Shown here: positions 1 through 12,944 of the stretch, one piece after another | Position numbering within the stretch: position 1 is the first letter of the stretch | Layout: every line of letters begins with the position of its first letter | Assembly: GCF_018350175.1 (NCBI RefSeq) | Contig: NC_058368.1 | Coordinates: 7,750,001 to 7,814,000 of the forward strand | Length of the DNA: 64,000 nucleotides | Reading direction: 5' to 3' | Source: Felis catus | Taxonomy: Eukaryota | The notes under the pieces: generated by a model | Seen by the model: only the letters and a program-made list of their open reading frames with translations | Told to the model about the DNA's origin: nothing | The model's database searches: none | Made by a program: the position numbers and the translations under genes

Positions 1-1551
1 CCAAGTGGAATAACAGTTACAAGGTAGTGTACATTTTGAAGGGTTTTGAAAAAATACTGCCTATTTGCTTTGAGGAGGCACGCAGAGAGGTTGTATTGTC
101 GATGTATCAAAGTGCCTGTTTGCTGTGTCCCTCCAAATTTAATGCAGGTTTCAATTTGTTAGCACTGGTCCATTTTTTACAAATCCCAATTTGCCATTTA
201 CCGCATTACCTATCCCCACTGTTTTTGCAACACATTGCCGATCTGCTAAATATGCTAGGCAGTAGATAACCTTTTTTGAAGAAACGTTCAGGACAGAGTC
301 CAAAGGAAGATAGTAAAGACCATGTACGAATTTACCAATACTCTTCGGATATTGTTTAAAGCACTCCAATGGCAGCTTTAGCAACATTTCAATTATGACT
401 AATCAAAGATACTCAAGTCACCTAACTAAAGTATCTTCGTCTACTTTTCTCCATCTTGTTCGCAATGATTTAATAGGAAACTCTGTCAAATGTGGTAGTG
501 AGGGATGATTTACCTTTGGCATTTCCCCTCGGGATTCTCAGTAACTCTTGAGGACACAGGCTGTGTTTTACGTATTTTTGTTTATCATAGCCTAGCACAG
601 AACTTGATACATAGATTCTCAATAAAGGTTTATTACAGTGATCTGCTTAATTTGGCGTGGATTTAATGAACCTAGGTTGTCTCAGCAGACACAGCTTTGC
701 TTTCCAAGCAATCAGTAAATATATATGCTCATTTAGGAATGGCAAATGTGTGAATGGAAAGAGCACATGTTTTGTAATTAGAAGTCTTGAATTAAAAAAA
801 AAAACAACACATTTTTTTAAGTAGTCTTCAAGCCTAGCATGAACCCCAACGCCAGGCTTAACCTCACGCCCTGATCAAGACCTGAGCTAAGATTAGAGTT
901 GGACCTAGAAGTCCTGAATTGAAATCGTAGCTTTGAGATTTACAAGCTGGTAACTTTGTGTAAATCCACACCTTACTCAGTTTGTTCATCCACAAAATGG
1001 TGACAACCCACCTTCTTTACTTTTCTCATAGGGTTCTTATGAGAATCAAAATGTTTTTCTCTAAAGGGAAATCTGACCATGTCATTACGTGACTTTTTAA
1101 AACCCTGTCACAGCTTTCTCTTGCCCTCAAGAAAAAGTGAAATCCTTCAACATGTCACACGGAGACTTGCGCGATATGGTTCCTGTTCAATTCTCCACCG
1201 TCCTAACAATGAAAGCTCTCTTTCACAAGGCCTTCTGCACACGCTGCCTGCTTTGCCTGTGAAGCTCTTTTCCGCACCCTTCTACGTCGATTACTACTGG
1301 CCGCAATATTGCTAACAGCAATAGCTAAAATCTAACGAATTCTTACTAAGCGTGGGACACTTTACACACAGTAGCTTATACTTTATGAAGTAGATACTAT
1401 TATCATCATTTTGCTAATAAGGCACAGAGAAATGAAGTCACTTACCCAGAGTAACACAGCTCTTAAACCTCAGCACTGGCTTACAAACTCACTCCGTCTG
1501 CATTCAAAGCAGATGTTCTCAACGCCTGCTATTAGAGTTATCAACTTTCTA

Positions 1552-1771
1552 GGGGCGCCTGGGTGGCGCAGTCGGTTAAGCGTCCGACTTCAGCTCAGGT
1601 CACGATCTCACGGTCTGTGAGTTCGAGCCCCGCGTCAGGCTCTGGGCTGATGGCTCAGAGCCTGGAGCTTGTTTCCGATTCTGTGTCTCTCTCTCTGCCC
1701 CTCCCCCGTTCATGCTCTGTCTCTCTCTGTCCCCCAAAAAATAAATAAATAAAAACGTTGAAAGGAAAAAA
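1552..1771 (+). mobile_element. CAN-SINE (SINEC_Fc type)
   Basis: GGGGCGCCTGGGTGGCGCAGTCGG head, CT-rich body, A tail; TSD AGA(G/A)TTATCAACTTTCT. Confidence 0.93.
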
Positions 1772-3032
1772 AGAATTATCAACTTTCTCCAGAAAGTCTA
1801 ACATCTTTAACATCCTCTTATAGCCAATGTGATAAGATTAACGCTGAAGACACAGGTTTATAATCGCCTGGGTACTTTACGCTTCCCCAACCAGAGGGAA
1901 AAGAATCCATTCGAACTCAGACAAGACTGCATCTCGTTTAGTTTTGTTTCTCCAGCTCTTGGCAGTTCCTGCTACGCATAATGGGCACCAATAAATATTT
2001 GCTGAATAAATAGACGAAAGTGTTTTTAAACAAAAGTCGTAACACAATGTTGTTTTTGAATTTAGTTAAGCAACATCACCAGGCTTACCAGTTTGTGATG
2101 TACCGAATCCACGTTTCCCCCTTTTTGCAGTGTGGTACACTTGCTTATATCCGTTCTTCTGCGATTTCTTCTATTTGCCTCAATTCCTTTAATACTGCCA
2201 GCAAATATTCCCCCTGCACAACTGCGATATTGCCTTTTGGCACAATCTTTTAGACAGGAGGAAAAACTAAAATGTTAAAATTACTTTTCCCTTCATAGCA
2301 ATGCTTTAAAATTCCCGAAAACTTTTTTTTTTTTTTTTAAATACAGAGCAAAACATCAGAGATCGCGGAGGGAAAAACTATCTTTTAAAAACGAATTTCA
2401 AATCAAGACTAGGCTGATGGGAGAAAAGCAATGTAGCACATTTATAAATGAAACCTGGCGCTGCCTAGGCAGTGTTGTCCCCAGGTGGCATCTTATTTTT
2501 CATAATATTTTACTGAAGCCTTTCAGTAATATAAATAGAGAAAACAGGTGCTGCACTGAGCAGGGGGTTTGTCCAAATCCACCATTTTTGGCTCAGTTTT
2601 CTGATAGAAGGCCCAGCAGTTAAGGTAATCAGTCCTGCAGCTCTCATCGCCTTCAAGGAGAAGGAAACAGAGGAAGGTGGTGAAAAAAGAGGGAGAGGAG
2701 GGAGAGGAAGTGTGGCAAACAGACGAAACTATCCTTCAAACAGAGCAAGGGCTTTGCCTCCGTCTCCAGGTGCGGACCCTCAAATTGACCGTTTACAGGC
2801 TGCTAATTTTGTCCTTTCGATTAAAAAACGACGCCTGGTTTTGGAAGTTGGAGGATATACAAAGTAGGAAGGTATTCGTCTCGTGAGAACTTCACCACCC
2901 GGATCGGCCTCGGGGAAGGCCACCGCGAACCGCCCGTCCTAACCGCCGGCTCGCTCGCGGATGCCCCGGGGGCCGGACGCCTGGCGGGGCTTCCCCTCGC
3001 GCTCCCGCTACCCACAAACCTTCGCGCCGCGG

Positions 3033-3044
3033 CGCGCATGCGCA
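3033..3044. promoter_or_regulatory. NRF1 binding site
   Basis: CGCGCATGCGCA matches the YGCGCAYGCGCR consensus, inside the CpG island; ETS-like CAGGAAG at 3061. Confidence 0.7.
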
Positions 3045-3450
3045 GCGGCGACGGCCCTCTCAGGAAGAGGAAAATGGAATAAACAACTCGGAGGAACCAG
3101 AGCGCGAGAGAGCGAGTGGAGGCAGAATTTAAAAATAAACTGGCCCCTCCACCCTCCCAGCCCGTTCGCCGCCGCCGCTCCCCCTTCCCAAGCCCGCTCC
3201 CTCGAAGGCCCCGTCAGGGCCCGCGCGCCCACCCCGTCGTCCCGCGCGGCCCCTTTAAGAAAAGAGAACGAGAGAGTGAGTGAGAGAGAATCCCAACTCT
3301 CCTCCTCCCCTCCCCTCCTTCCTACCCCCTCCTCCCTCCCCTCTCCCCTCCCCCCCTCTCCCCGGGCGGCTCCGGCTCCCGCAGCGGGACAGACCCACCC
3401 GCCCAGGCTTTTATCCGGCACCGGCAGCGTCTTCCTTCCCTCCCCGGTCT

Positions 3451-3516
3451 ATGGTGGCGGCGGCGGCGGCGGCTCCTCGGGCGGCAGCGGAAGACGAGGC
3501 TGCGGCGTTGCCATGA
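3451..3516 (+). promoter_or_regulatory. Upstream ORF (21 aa) whose stop overlaps the PAN3 start codon
   Basis: ATG 3451, MVAAAAAAPRAAAEDEAAALP, TGA 3514-3516 within ccATGAac. Confidence 0.65.
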
Positions 3517-3948
3517 ACAGTGGCGGCGGCCTCCCGCCCCCCTCGGCCGCCGCCTCCCCTTCCTCCTCCTCGCTGGCGGCGGCAGTGGCGGTGGTGGCCC
3601 CGCCGGGGGTCGGGGGTGTCCCCGGCGGGGCGGCGGCGGGAGTCAAGCTGAAGTACTGCCGCTACTACGCTAAGGATAAGACTTGCTTCTACGGGGAGGA
3701 GTGTCAGTTCCTGCATGAGGACCCAGCCGCCGGAGCTGCCCCGGGCCTCGGCCTCCATAGCAACAGCGTCCCCCTGGCTCTGGCGGGCGCGCCGGTGGCC
3801 GCCTTTCCGCCCGGAGCGGTCCCGGGCGGGGGAGCCGGGCCGCCCCCGGGGCCCAAGAAGCCGGACCTGGGAGGCCCGGGGGCCGGAGCCGCAGCCGGCG
3901 GAGGAGGCAGCAGCAGCGGCGGCGTCCTCGATGGACCGCGGCTGGCAA
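3513..3948 (+). CDS. PAN3: PAN3 coding exon 1 (Gly/Ala/Pro-rich N-terminus with CCCH zinc finger)
   Basis: GCCATG at 3513 opens MNSGGGLPPPSAAASPSSSSLAAAVAVVAPPGVGG...KLKYCRYYAKDKTCFYGEECQFLHEDP...LDGPRLA, recognised as the PAN3 N-terminus. Donor A|GTGAGT at 3949, phase 1. Confidence 0.97.
3657..3716 (+). other. PAN3: C3H1 (CCCH) zinc finger coding segment
   Basis: CRYYAKDKTCFYGEECQFLH = C-x8-C-x5-C-x3-H. Confidence 0.95.
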
Positions 3949-6235
3949 GTGAGTGTGGTCCGGGCTGGGAGGGCGGCCGGGGCCTCGGCGCGGCGGCGGA
4001 GGGAAGGCCTGGGGCCGGAGGGGGCCCGGATGAGGCCTTGCGACGAGCTTTGCCCGCGGGTCCCCCCCCACCCCCACCCCCACCCCCCTTCACCTTCCCT
4101 AGTTGGTCTGAAAGGCCTAGGCCGGGCCTGAGCCCTCCTTCCTTCTTCCTGCTTCCCTTCCCCACCGCCTTCGGCGAGCCGGGGAGTGAGGGGAGGCTGG
4201 GTTCCCCGGAACGTGGGTGGGTTGACGGGGGTGCTGCGAGTGGGGGCTGGGAGGAAGGGGGATGGGCTGTGGCGTGCGGAGTGTGAGAAAGGGGGTGTCG
4301 TTTCCGGGGGGTGTGGAAAGGGGCTGGGTTTGCAGGCACATGTGTTTTGCGTGCCCGTGTGGAGCGGTGTCTGCCGAGTGTTGAGGTTCCCTAGTGGGTG
4401 TGAGTGTGGGCAGGGGGCGGGAGGTGATGGGCGGGCTTAAGGCTTCCTGGAGTAAGGCCGAAAGAACGGAAAAAGTTTGTGTAAGGCTTACGGGAGAAAG
4501 ATTTTTCAAGCAGGAAATGCTTTCTAAGGATTAGGAGTGAAGGGACAGCAACTTGCATACTGTGCTTAGGTTTAGTCGAGAGCTGAGAGGAGGAATTTCC
4601 CAAGACGTGCATTTCGACCTAGTTCTGCTGAAGCCAAGATAAGTTTGCCGGGCGAGAGTAGGGTAGGGATCCTGTCTTCTACAACTTTGTATCATGCGAA
4701 CTCTTAGCAGGGAGCCTGGAAGGCGGGTCCGGTGCGGCGTTCACGTGCGTGCACCTGAGCACTTGGCTTCCAGTATGTTGCCAGGGCTGTTGGTATTTTT
4801 TCCTTTTCTTCACGTGTCGTTATCTACTGCCTTGCAACTTTTTAGTTGTTAGTGGAGTTGGATGTGTGAATGCAATCTATTTTACAGAATGTTGCTCTTA
4901 AGCAAGTGGGGGAGAGCAGGTGTCAGATTTTTCTGAGTATACTATTTCTAAACCAAAGGAAGGGGGAGTCCCGTTTCTTGGGAATTCTAAACAGTTTGCA
5001 GATCTGAAGATACTTTGATAGGCATTTTAACTTGGTCATCAGTACATTTTTGTCTTGTCTTTTTTTTTTTTTAACTGTAAATGAATTTGGCTAGATGTTT
5101 CGCCAGCTGTTTGTACTGTGAGGATTATTGTTTTCCCAGAGATTAGCTTTTTTAAAAGAAAGCTTGCTGTGATGGACTTGGCTGTAATGCACATGTATTT
5201 GTCCGCATTGATACGCTCAGAAGATTAATTTGCCACTTAAAAGTGTCTTGTAAAAATTGGTTACTTTATTGGTGGAAATTTATCACTTTGGAGCAGCAAC
5301 TTTGCATTTTCAAGGTGAACTTTTGCTGGTTGTGTGAGTTGTGGCTCAAAGTAATTTGATCAGTCTTTGGTAGGGGGAAAGTGAATGGTAGCTTTGTTAC
5401 ATACAGAAAGGCATTTTCAAAAAAGCTGGTATTCGATTAAATATGTTATCTTTCTAGGATTTTCTAATAGGCAGAAGTAGTAGATCTGGAACATGAAAGA
5501 TAGGACAGGATATTGTAAGTAGGTGAAGATGGGAGGTGGGGGAAGATACTGACAATGGCTCAAAGGTGAGGCTCATTCCATACTTCATAAAAGGAAAGTA
5601 ATTGTCTGGAATATAGGGTCTTGAGAGAACAGGTAGTTGTTGCTAAGAAGGCATTTTACAATTTAGTATTTAGTCCTTTAACAGTTATTTGATTAAATAG
5701 CTGAGTTACGTATTTAGGTTCTATAGGGCTTGCTTTAACTTGCCCGGTGAAGCCCGAGGCTCCTCTTGTCCGCTGTAGTCTTCTGGGTAACTGAGTCGTA
5801 CTGGGTTGTGACTCCTTTTGGATGAGAGCAGATTGCTTCATACCGGTGACTGGCAAGTAAAGTTGCTCAGGAATCAGGGAAGAGGACTGTGTCGGTGGTT
5901 TAATGGCTGCTTTGAATTTTCACCCTTAAATGTTAAGTTTTTAGTCTGCTTTCTACCTTTTCCTATATTCTTTGACGTATTTTTGGAAACAGGCTTGGTT
6001 TGTTAAGTGCATGAAGCAGTTAAACTAGACAGCATATTCTAAGAGGTATTGTTATCAGAAGTTTAAATTTTCTTGCGGACTTGATCATCTAGCATCACAA
6101 TTTTATTTTGTTTTCATTTTTTCCTTTTCTTTAAATGTAAGATTGTACAGCGTTTCCCTTAGCTGAAAGGTCATACACACTTCTCTGCTCTGATAGGGTA
6201 GATCTGCCTGCAGAAATACTTTGGGCTTTATGGAA

Positions 6236-6237
<2 letters not shown>

Positions 6238-6274
<37 letters not shown>
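6238..6274. repeat. (TG)n microsatellite
   Basis: Perfect dinucleotide run; similar runs at ~7664, 15640, 16038, 19315, 35371, 46795. Confidence 0.95.
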
Positions 6275-6277
<3 letters not shown>

Positions 6278-7663
6278 AGTTTTTATTGAGGTATACATAC
6301 CCAGGGAAAAGTGTACAAATCACAAGTTTTTGGAATTTTTGTAAGTTGAAAACAATGGCTTATAATCAGAACTCAGATCAAGAAATAGTACATAATCAGT
6401 ACCCCCAGAAGTCCTGCTTTTGTCCCATCCCAGATGGTTTGCCCCAGTTCCCAAATATAACTTACGGTTTCTAACACTACATTCTGACACTGTAGATTCA
6501 TGTTTCACTTTTTTTGTACTTTTTTGAACTTTATAGGAGTGGGCTCTCATATAGCATGCACTCTTTTTTGTGGGCTTGTGAGATGTATAAGATAATATTA
6601 AGCCTTGATAAATTTTATGAGGAATATTCAAAGACGACTGAGTTAACACAAGTTGAGGTAAGATTCAGTGAATGAGTAAACCTCATCTTTCCATAAAAGT
6701 GCATTGCCACAATAAAGCAAAATGTCTTCATGTTTTTGCCCTTTTATAGGATTTTTCAGGTTTTAAATTAGCGTTCTATTTAGAGATAATGTAGAGTCAA
6801 ATGCAGTTGTAAAAAACAATACACAGAGAGCTCATTTCACCACTCATTTTCCTCCAGTGGTAACATGTTTCATACCTGGAGTATAGTATCACGGCCAGCG
6901 TTGATTGATACATTCTGCTTATCGTATTCCTGTTTCTCTAATCTTATTTGCACTTGTGTGTGCGCATGCACGTGTATTTCTGTGGGAATTTCTCACATGT
7001 ATGTGGGTGTGCCTGCCAACACAGTCAAGACACAGAATGGTTTTGTCACCCTTAAGTTGCCCTTTTGTAAGCCCCCCTCCCTCCCCAAACCTGGCAACTA
7101 CCAATTTGCTCTCATTTCTATAATTCTGTCGTTTCAAGAATGGTTTTAAATGGAATTATATAGCATGAAGTCTTTTGGGATTCGTTTACTCCCCACCCCC
7201 CCCTGACCCCAGCACAGTTCCCTCAAGGTTCAGCCAAGTTGTGTGCATTCTTTTTTTTTGTTTTAACTTTGAAAATTTATATTTATCGTTATTATGAAGC
7301 AGCATTTTTTTGGGGGGGTTGCTTTTTTATAGGCATATCTGCTTCGCGTACCAAAGCTGTGAGCATTTACAGTAACGCAGAAGTGATATTAAAGATTTGT
7401 GCTAGGATTTTGAGGCATTTATTGACGGACTTGAATATTTATTTTTTATGTATGTATTTTAGGGTTGATTTTCACTTATTTTTAAGTTATGAAAAATTTC
7501 CATTGGAACAGCAGTGTATAAAGTCAGAGTAGACCAGTCTTCTCATCTTATTGCCTGGGATTAATTGTTATTAATAACTTTTGTACTCCTAAAGGCCCTG
7601 TCTCCAAGTGCATTCACATGGAGAGTTAGGGCTTCAGTGTATGAATTTTGAGAAAAAACAATT

Positions 7664-7696
<33 letters not shown>

Positions 7697-8260
7697 AGTA
7701 GTGTTTCTCACCTTTTTTTCTCATATTAATTTACTTTATATCCAGTTTATAAAGTACTTTAGTCTGAGACTATATTAATGGAATATGGTAAGATGTTTGT
7801 TTTATATACTGTTATCATATAGTTGTTAGCAAGCCAATACATGCAAGTATTTGTGTCTCTTATCAGTATATGGAAATTACGACAGGCCTGGGGCTCAGAG
7901 ATTTTGATTTTAGTGCTGTCTTCCAAAATCACTTCGTGATCTTAAGGTGGTCATTTAGTCCATGTGGAAATATATTTCCTTATCTGTAAAATGGGAGAAT
8001 GGGGGATGGGGTTTATGATGTTCAGAATCCTTTCAGCTCTAAAATGCTCCTGTGTTTTCTAAATGTTCATGATCTAGAAGACAAATTACTTCGTGTTTGA
8101 TCTTTAGATCCTCCTCCTCTCCCAACAAGTCTTAGAAACACTGACTGCTCAGCAGTCTAACCTCCAGTACAGGGAGGGGCATGTCGGTTTCACCTATCTT
8201 GGCTGAGTTAATTGGCATGTAGATAACAATCCTCTTCATAAAAAAGCCCTCCCCTGTTTT

Positions 8261-8479
8261 GTTTTGTGTTTTTTTTACATTTACTTATTTTTGAGAGACC
8301 GAGTGAGACAGAGCACGAGCGGAGGAGGGGCAGAGAGAGAAGGAGACACAGAATCTGAAGCAGGCTCCAGGCTCTGAACAAGCGTTCAGCATAGAGCCCG
8401 TTGTGGGCCTGAATCCACGAACCATGAGATCATGACCTAAGTCGGATGCCTAGCCTAGCCTGAGCCACCCAGGCGCCCC
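8261..8479 (-). mobile_element. CAN-SINE
   Basis: Reverse-complement SINE ending CCCAGGCGCCCC; TSD TCCCCTGTTTT. An older short SINE follows at ~8560-8655. Confidence 0.9.
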
Positions 8480-9294
8480 TCCCCTGTTTTGATGTCTGTT
8501 TTTTCTTTATAAATAAAGATATTTTTCCTATTTTTTTCCTTCTTTTCTTTCTTTTCTTTTTTTTTAAGTAAACCCTATGCTGAACATGAGGCTTGAACTC
8601 AATGACCCTGAGGTCAAGAGTCACATGCACCACTGGTTGAGCCAGCTGGGCACCTGTATTCCTATTTTTCTAAAGCTAGTTTTTAATTACACTTTTATTA
8701 TAAAAATTACAGCATAAAAAATGGGAAACAGTATCTTGTTTTTGGAACTAAAAATTAGTACATGCACAGGTTAAAAATGTAAATAGCATAAAATGGTACA
8801 CAGTGAAAAATAGTTTCCCTACTTCCTTAGTTCCCTGATCCCTCTCCAAACGATAGTCACGCTTTCCAATTTACTATGTATCTATTCGGAAATATTCTTT
8901 GCCTGTACAATCATCCACATGCTTACAGTTCCCTGTCTGTAGTACATACTGACACATGTACTGGTAGAGACACACGGAAGCCCAATGCACTTTGAACTTT
9001 CTCACTGAACTGCATGTCTTGTGATTTGTTCCACATCCACGCATAGAAATCTACCTTGCTCTTTTTAAAGGCTGCATAATATTCCGCTGTATATTGTGTT
9101 CTTTTTAATGGATGGATATTTAGATTGTTTGTAGTCTTTTATTATCGTAAACGATGCCACTAAGCTGTTACATCTTAATTTATTATGTACATTTACACAT
9201 AGATTTATGTAAAATATGATATGTACGTATGTTAAGCATACAGAATCTTCACTAATCTGGTTCAAACTTGTTACATTAAGAAAAACTATGTAGA

Positions 9295-9702
9295 TAACTA
9301 CCATATGATCTCACATGTGAGACCAAAAAACAAACAAACAAACAAACAAAGAAAAAAACAAACCCTGAACTCCTAGGTACAGAGAACTGATTAGTAGTTG
9401 CCAGAGGTGGTGGGGGGTGGGTGAAATGGTTGAAGGTGGTCAAAGGGTACAAACTTAACGGTTAAAAGATCAATAAATCTTGAGAGTATGTAATGTATAA
9501 CAAGGTGGCTATAGTTAACAATACTATAGTGTATATTTGGAAGTTGCTAAGAGAGTAGTTCTTGAGTTTTCAGCATTAAAAGAATGGCAACTGTGTAGTG
9601 ATTAATGTCAAATAAACTTAATGTGGTAAATCATTTTGCAGTAAATCATTATGTTGTACACCTAAAAGTAATATTTCATGTCACTTACAGGTCAATAAAA
9701 AA
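9295..9702 (+). mobile_element. Old L1 (L1MA/L1MB-like) 3' end fragment
   Basis: L1 3'UTR-like motifs (ATGATCTCACATGTG, GTAGTTGCCAGAGG, GTTAACAATACT...GTTGCTAAGAGAGTAG, CAATAAAAAA). Confidence 0.7.
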
Positions 9703-11690
9703 TCTGTATTTTATACATCATTAGCTGAATAAGACATTTGAAATAGCCATCCATATTAAATCTGTCCCAGCAGGATTTTCTCCCAGTGGCTCACTTATCT
9801 AGAGATGGTTTTGTAAATCACATCTTTTGCAATTTAATGAGGTAGTATTTGTTAATAGTCGCTGGGAAATCTCATTTGTATATTTAATAAAAGACTAGTG
9901 TTATCGTTTAATAGTCTTTCACTGTTTATCTGCATTTTTGATACAGTTACCTTAGGCTGCTTTCATATTTATAATTAGGTAGAACATGACAGGGTTGGAA
10001 AAACTGGAAAGGACATGACATACCATCAGATTTAACTTTGTGATTTTGTTCATCTGTTCCTAAACTTACTCTGTCTTTTAACAGAATTGCTATTCCTGAA
10101 TCTCACTGTATACTTGATTGAAAAGATGAGATTGGAGGTGAACAAAACCAAAATGGGATGGGGCCTTTTCAATTCCTTTAAAATAGTGACCTTTTATGGT
10201 TCATAGACTTTACAGCAATGTCAGCTGTCTCGGAGGAGGAGTCTTGACAAAGATGGGACTGGGAGTTTTCTCCCTCTCCCAGGGCTTGGAAAAATGATCC
10301 AGGCAGTGTTTAAAGTAAACATTTTAGCAAAGTCCTCTGATATATATTGTAAAAAGATTTAATGTAAATAGATAATATTTTTGAAAAACTTAGATTTTGG
10401 CAGACTTTCCACTTAGTATGATTAGCTCTAAAAGTGGAGATTCATTAATTTTATTTAATTATTTGATTAATAAACATTTACTGAGCACTAACTGTGTCAG
10501 CTGCTGTTTTAGATTTTTGAGGTACATCAGTAATCAAATAAAAAGATTCTTTCCTTTGTGGAACTTACATTTTAATGGTAGAGTGGGCAGTGTTAGCAAA
10601 TCTAATGCCCCACATTTTATAGTATGTTAAAAGAGGACAGTTGCTATTAAGAAAAAAAAAAAGAAAGAACAAATCTACTCCTCAGTTCTCAATAAACCAT
10701 GGGTTTGAATGATATTACCAGGAGTAAGCTGGTCTTAGAAACACATTTCTGGTTCATTCTACTGAGAAAACAACATCAGTGGAAGACTTCTGAAAACATT
10801 TATTTATTGGCAGATTTTGATTGTGTGAAGAAAGCCGTGATCTTGGCACAGATCCTAAACTAGAACTGTTTCGGAAGGCATTTCTCAGTAAGTAATCAAA
10901 GGGACAGTACTCAACATTAAGTGGCTTCACCTGAGAACCCAGTTTAATTAGTTGTTGATTATCAGTTTTGTAGCCAGTGTATCTTGGAAGGCCTTTAGTA
11001 TTGTCGTGCTCTTCAGAGTCGGCTATTTTCCAGTCGTGCTGCACTGCAGTGTTCCTCTCTGATTCAGGAAACTAGGTACTCATGTTGATCTTTAATTTTC
11101 AGTTCAAAACACTGTACCGTACCTATTCCAGTGTGGAACACGAGGATCTCAGCTGAGTACTTGTTAAGCCACTTGATCTATCTAAAATTGCTCTTTTAGG
11201 AATTTTTTTTTTTTTTTTTTTTTTGTCTTGCCATAGGCTTTACTGTGGCTCTCTTGGTGCACAGGTATGCCAATTTCCTTAAGGGCCAGTTTGCCAGATA
11301 GATGTTGCAGTTTTTAAAACAATGTGAACTTGTCTCTGGAGGTCGACTTTATGCAGCTGACTGATGGTATATGTATACTCTGGGCACTGACTGGAGAGTC
11401 TCATTGTCAAACATTTATGGAACACTTCTGGGCCAGATACTATACCAGTTTTGGAAAGACAAAGATGCGTGGTGCTGGCCATTTGTGAATGCATAGGCCA
11501 GTAAGGGATTTTGAGATGTATAAATGTTGGCATAGTATGACACGCTCTAGGTATAAAACATATAGTAAACTCTGTTCAGGGATATTGTGGAAGGTCTCAT
11601 CAAGAGGTAATATTTGAACTATTTTTTGAAAGATGTATGACGCATATCTAGTAGAAAAGAAAGGCATCCCAGGAGGACAGGGACACAGAT

Positions 11691-11905
11691 TTTTTTTTTT
11701 TTTAACATTTATTTATTTTTGAGATAGAGACAGAGCATGAACGGGGGAGGGGCAGAGAGAGAGAGAGGGAGACACAGAATCGGAAACAGACTCCAGGCTC
11801 CGAGCCATCAGCCCGGAGCCCGACACGGGGCTCAAACTCACGGACCGCGAGATCGTGACCTGGCTGAAGTCGGACGCTTAACCGACTGAGCCACCCAGGC
11901 GCCCC
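11691..11905 (-). mobile_element. Young SINEC_Fc
   Basis: Near-consensus body, pure T tail; TSD GGACACAGATTTT. Confidence 0.93.
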
Positions 11906-12944
11906 TGGACACAGATTTTGAGAGAGAGCGTTGTGCATGCTTTTGGCCTGCAGTCAGCTGATGTGGAGAATAGGCTATATTATGGAGAGTGGTACCAGGT
12001 GATAGATTGTGTGGCCACCCTTGTAGGCTGTGCCAAGGGAAAGGATAAGATCTGTTGAAGGGAGAGGTGCTAAGGACCCGTTTTGGGCAAGTGGCAATGA
12101 AATACAGGGGGCGCATTTGAGAGATTTGGTACAGCAGCCACTTGAAGGGATGGATGAGAGAGAGAAAGGAATTAAGGATAAATGAGTTTGTAGCTTCAAA
12201 GTACTTGTCACACACGTATTCGGAGACATTTAATACTAGGTAGTTGTGAATGGGAGTCTGAGTTTGTAGGAATGACTGAGAGGAAGGTAGTATAGTAATT
12301 TTCGGAACCTTTGAAGCAAGATTGTTCTCGTTTCAAATTTCATCTCTGGCACTGACGCCAAACTAGGTGGTGATGATACACACCCTGAAGGACTGTCGAG
12401 ATTGTACGTGTAAAACTGTGCACGGCAACGGTATTATTTCCTGTCTGTCGGTACCTGTCTGTCTAATCTATCAGAACCAGAAGTGAATGTTTCAAAGCAA
12501 AAGGGTAACAGTTCAAGGGGGAAAGATTGGTCTAGGTAGAAGGCTGAAAAAGGAATCATTTAAATAGCATCCTTAGCTCTTTATGGAATTACTTCAGATA
12601 GGTTGTGGGTTAATACTGTTCTCTACTTCCATTGAGAACAAATATAAAAAATGTTTCTAGACGTTTTTTTTTCACCTGAATTGAAGATGATGAGCAGTGC
12701 TCCATATGTGAAAATCTTCATAAACATTTCTCTGAAGAGCTTAGAAGAGCTTAGCACTAGAAATGGTTTGCTCTAAAAAATTGGTATTTGTTATTTTATG
12801 AGGTATTTTTTAACTTACTTTTTTTTTTTTTTGATCTTGACTACTTAGAAACTTCTGAACTTAGAGATATTTTTCCTTAGCTTATGTTTATCGGGTTAAT
12901 AATCGCCTATCTAATCTTTTAGTTTTATTAAATGGCTTTATTGG

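Larger units (their letters stand above)
2870..4440. promoter_or_regulatory. CpG island / PAN3 promoter, 5'UTR and exon 1
   Basis: Abrupt switch to very high GC and dense CpG against an AT-rich, CpG-poor background; spans the start codon. Confidence 0.92.

Noticed and set aside
1..390. ORFs 27-269 and 151-387 as a possible neighbouring gene or pseudogene
   Set aside because: No recognisable protein; the minus strand of 1-130 resembles a decayed old L1 segment (CAAAATGTACAC...ATTCCACT).
1552..1640. tRNA-like A/B boxes (TGGCGCAGTCGG, GTTCGAGCCC)
   Set aside because: tRNA-derived SINE heads, not tRNA genes.
3949..4286. C-terminal part of the 441-aa ORF
   Set aside because: Read-through past the strong GTGAGT donor into GC-rich intron 1; the PAN3 sequence resumes in exon 2.
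3008..4509. Several antisense and alternative-frame ORFs (115-211 aa) over the CpG island
   Set aside because: Expected shadow ORFs of very GC-rich DNA; low-complexity translations.
10060..10143. Good-looking acceptor (TTTTAACAG) with a weak GTGAAC donor 53 nt later
   Set aside because: Weak donor, no coding similarity; such sites are common in long introns.
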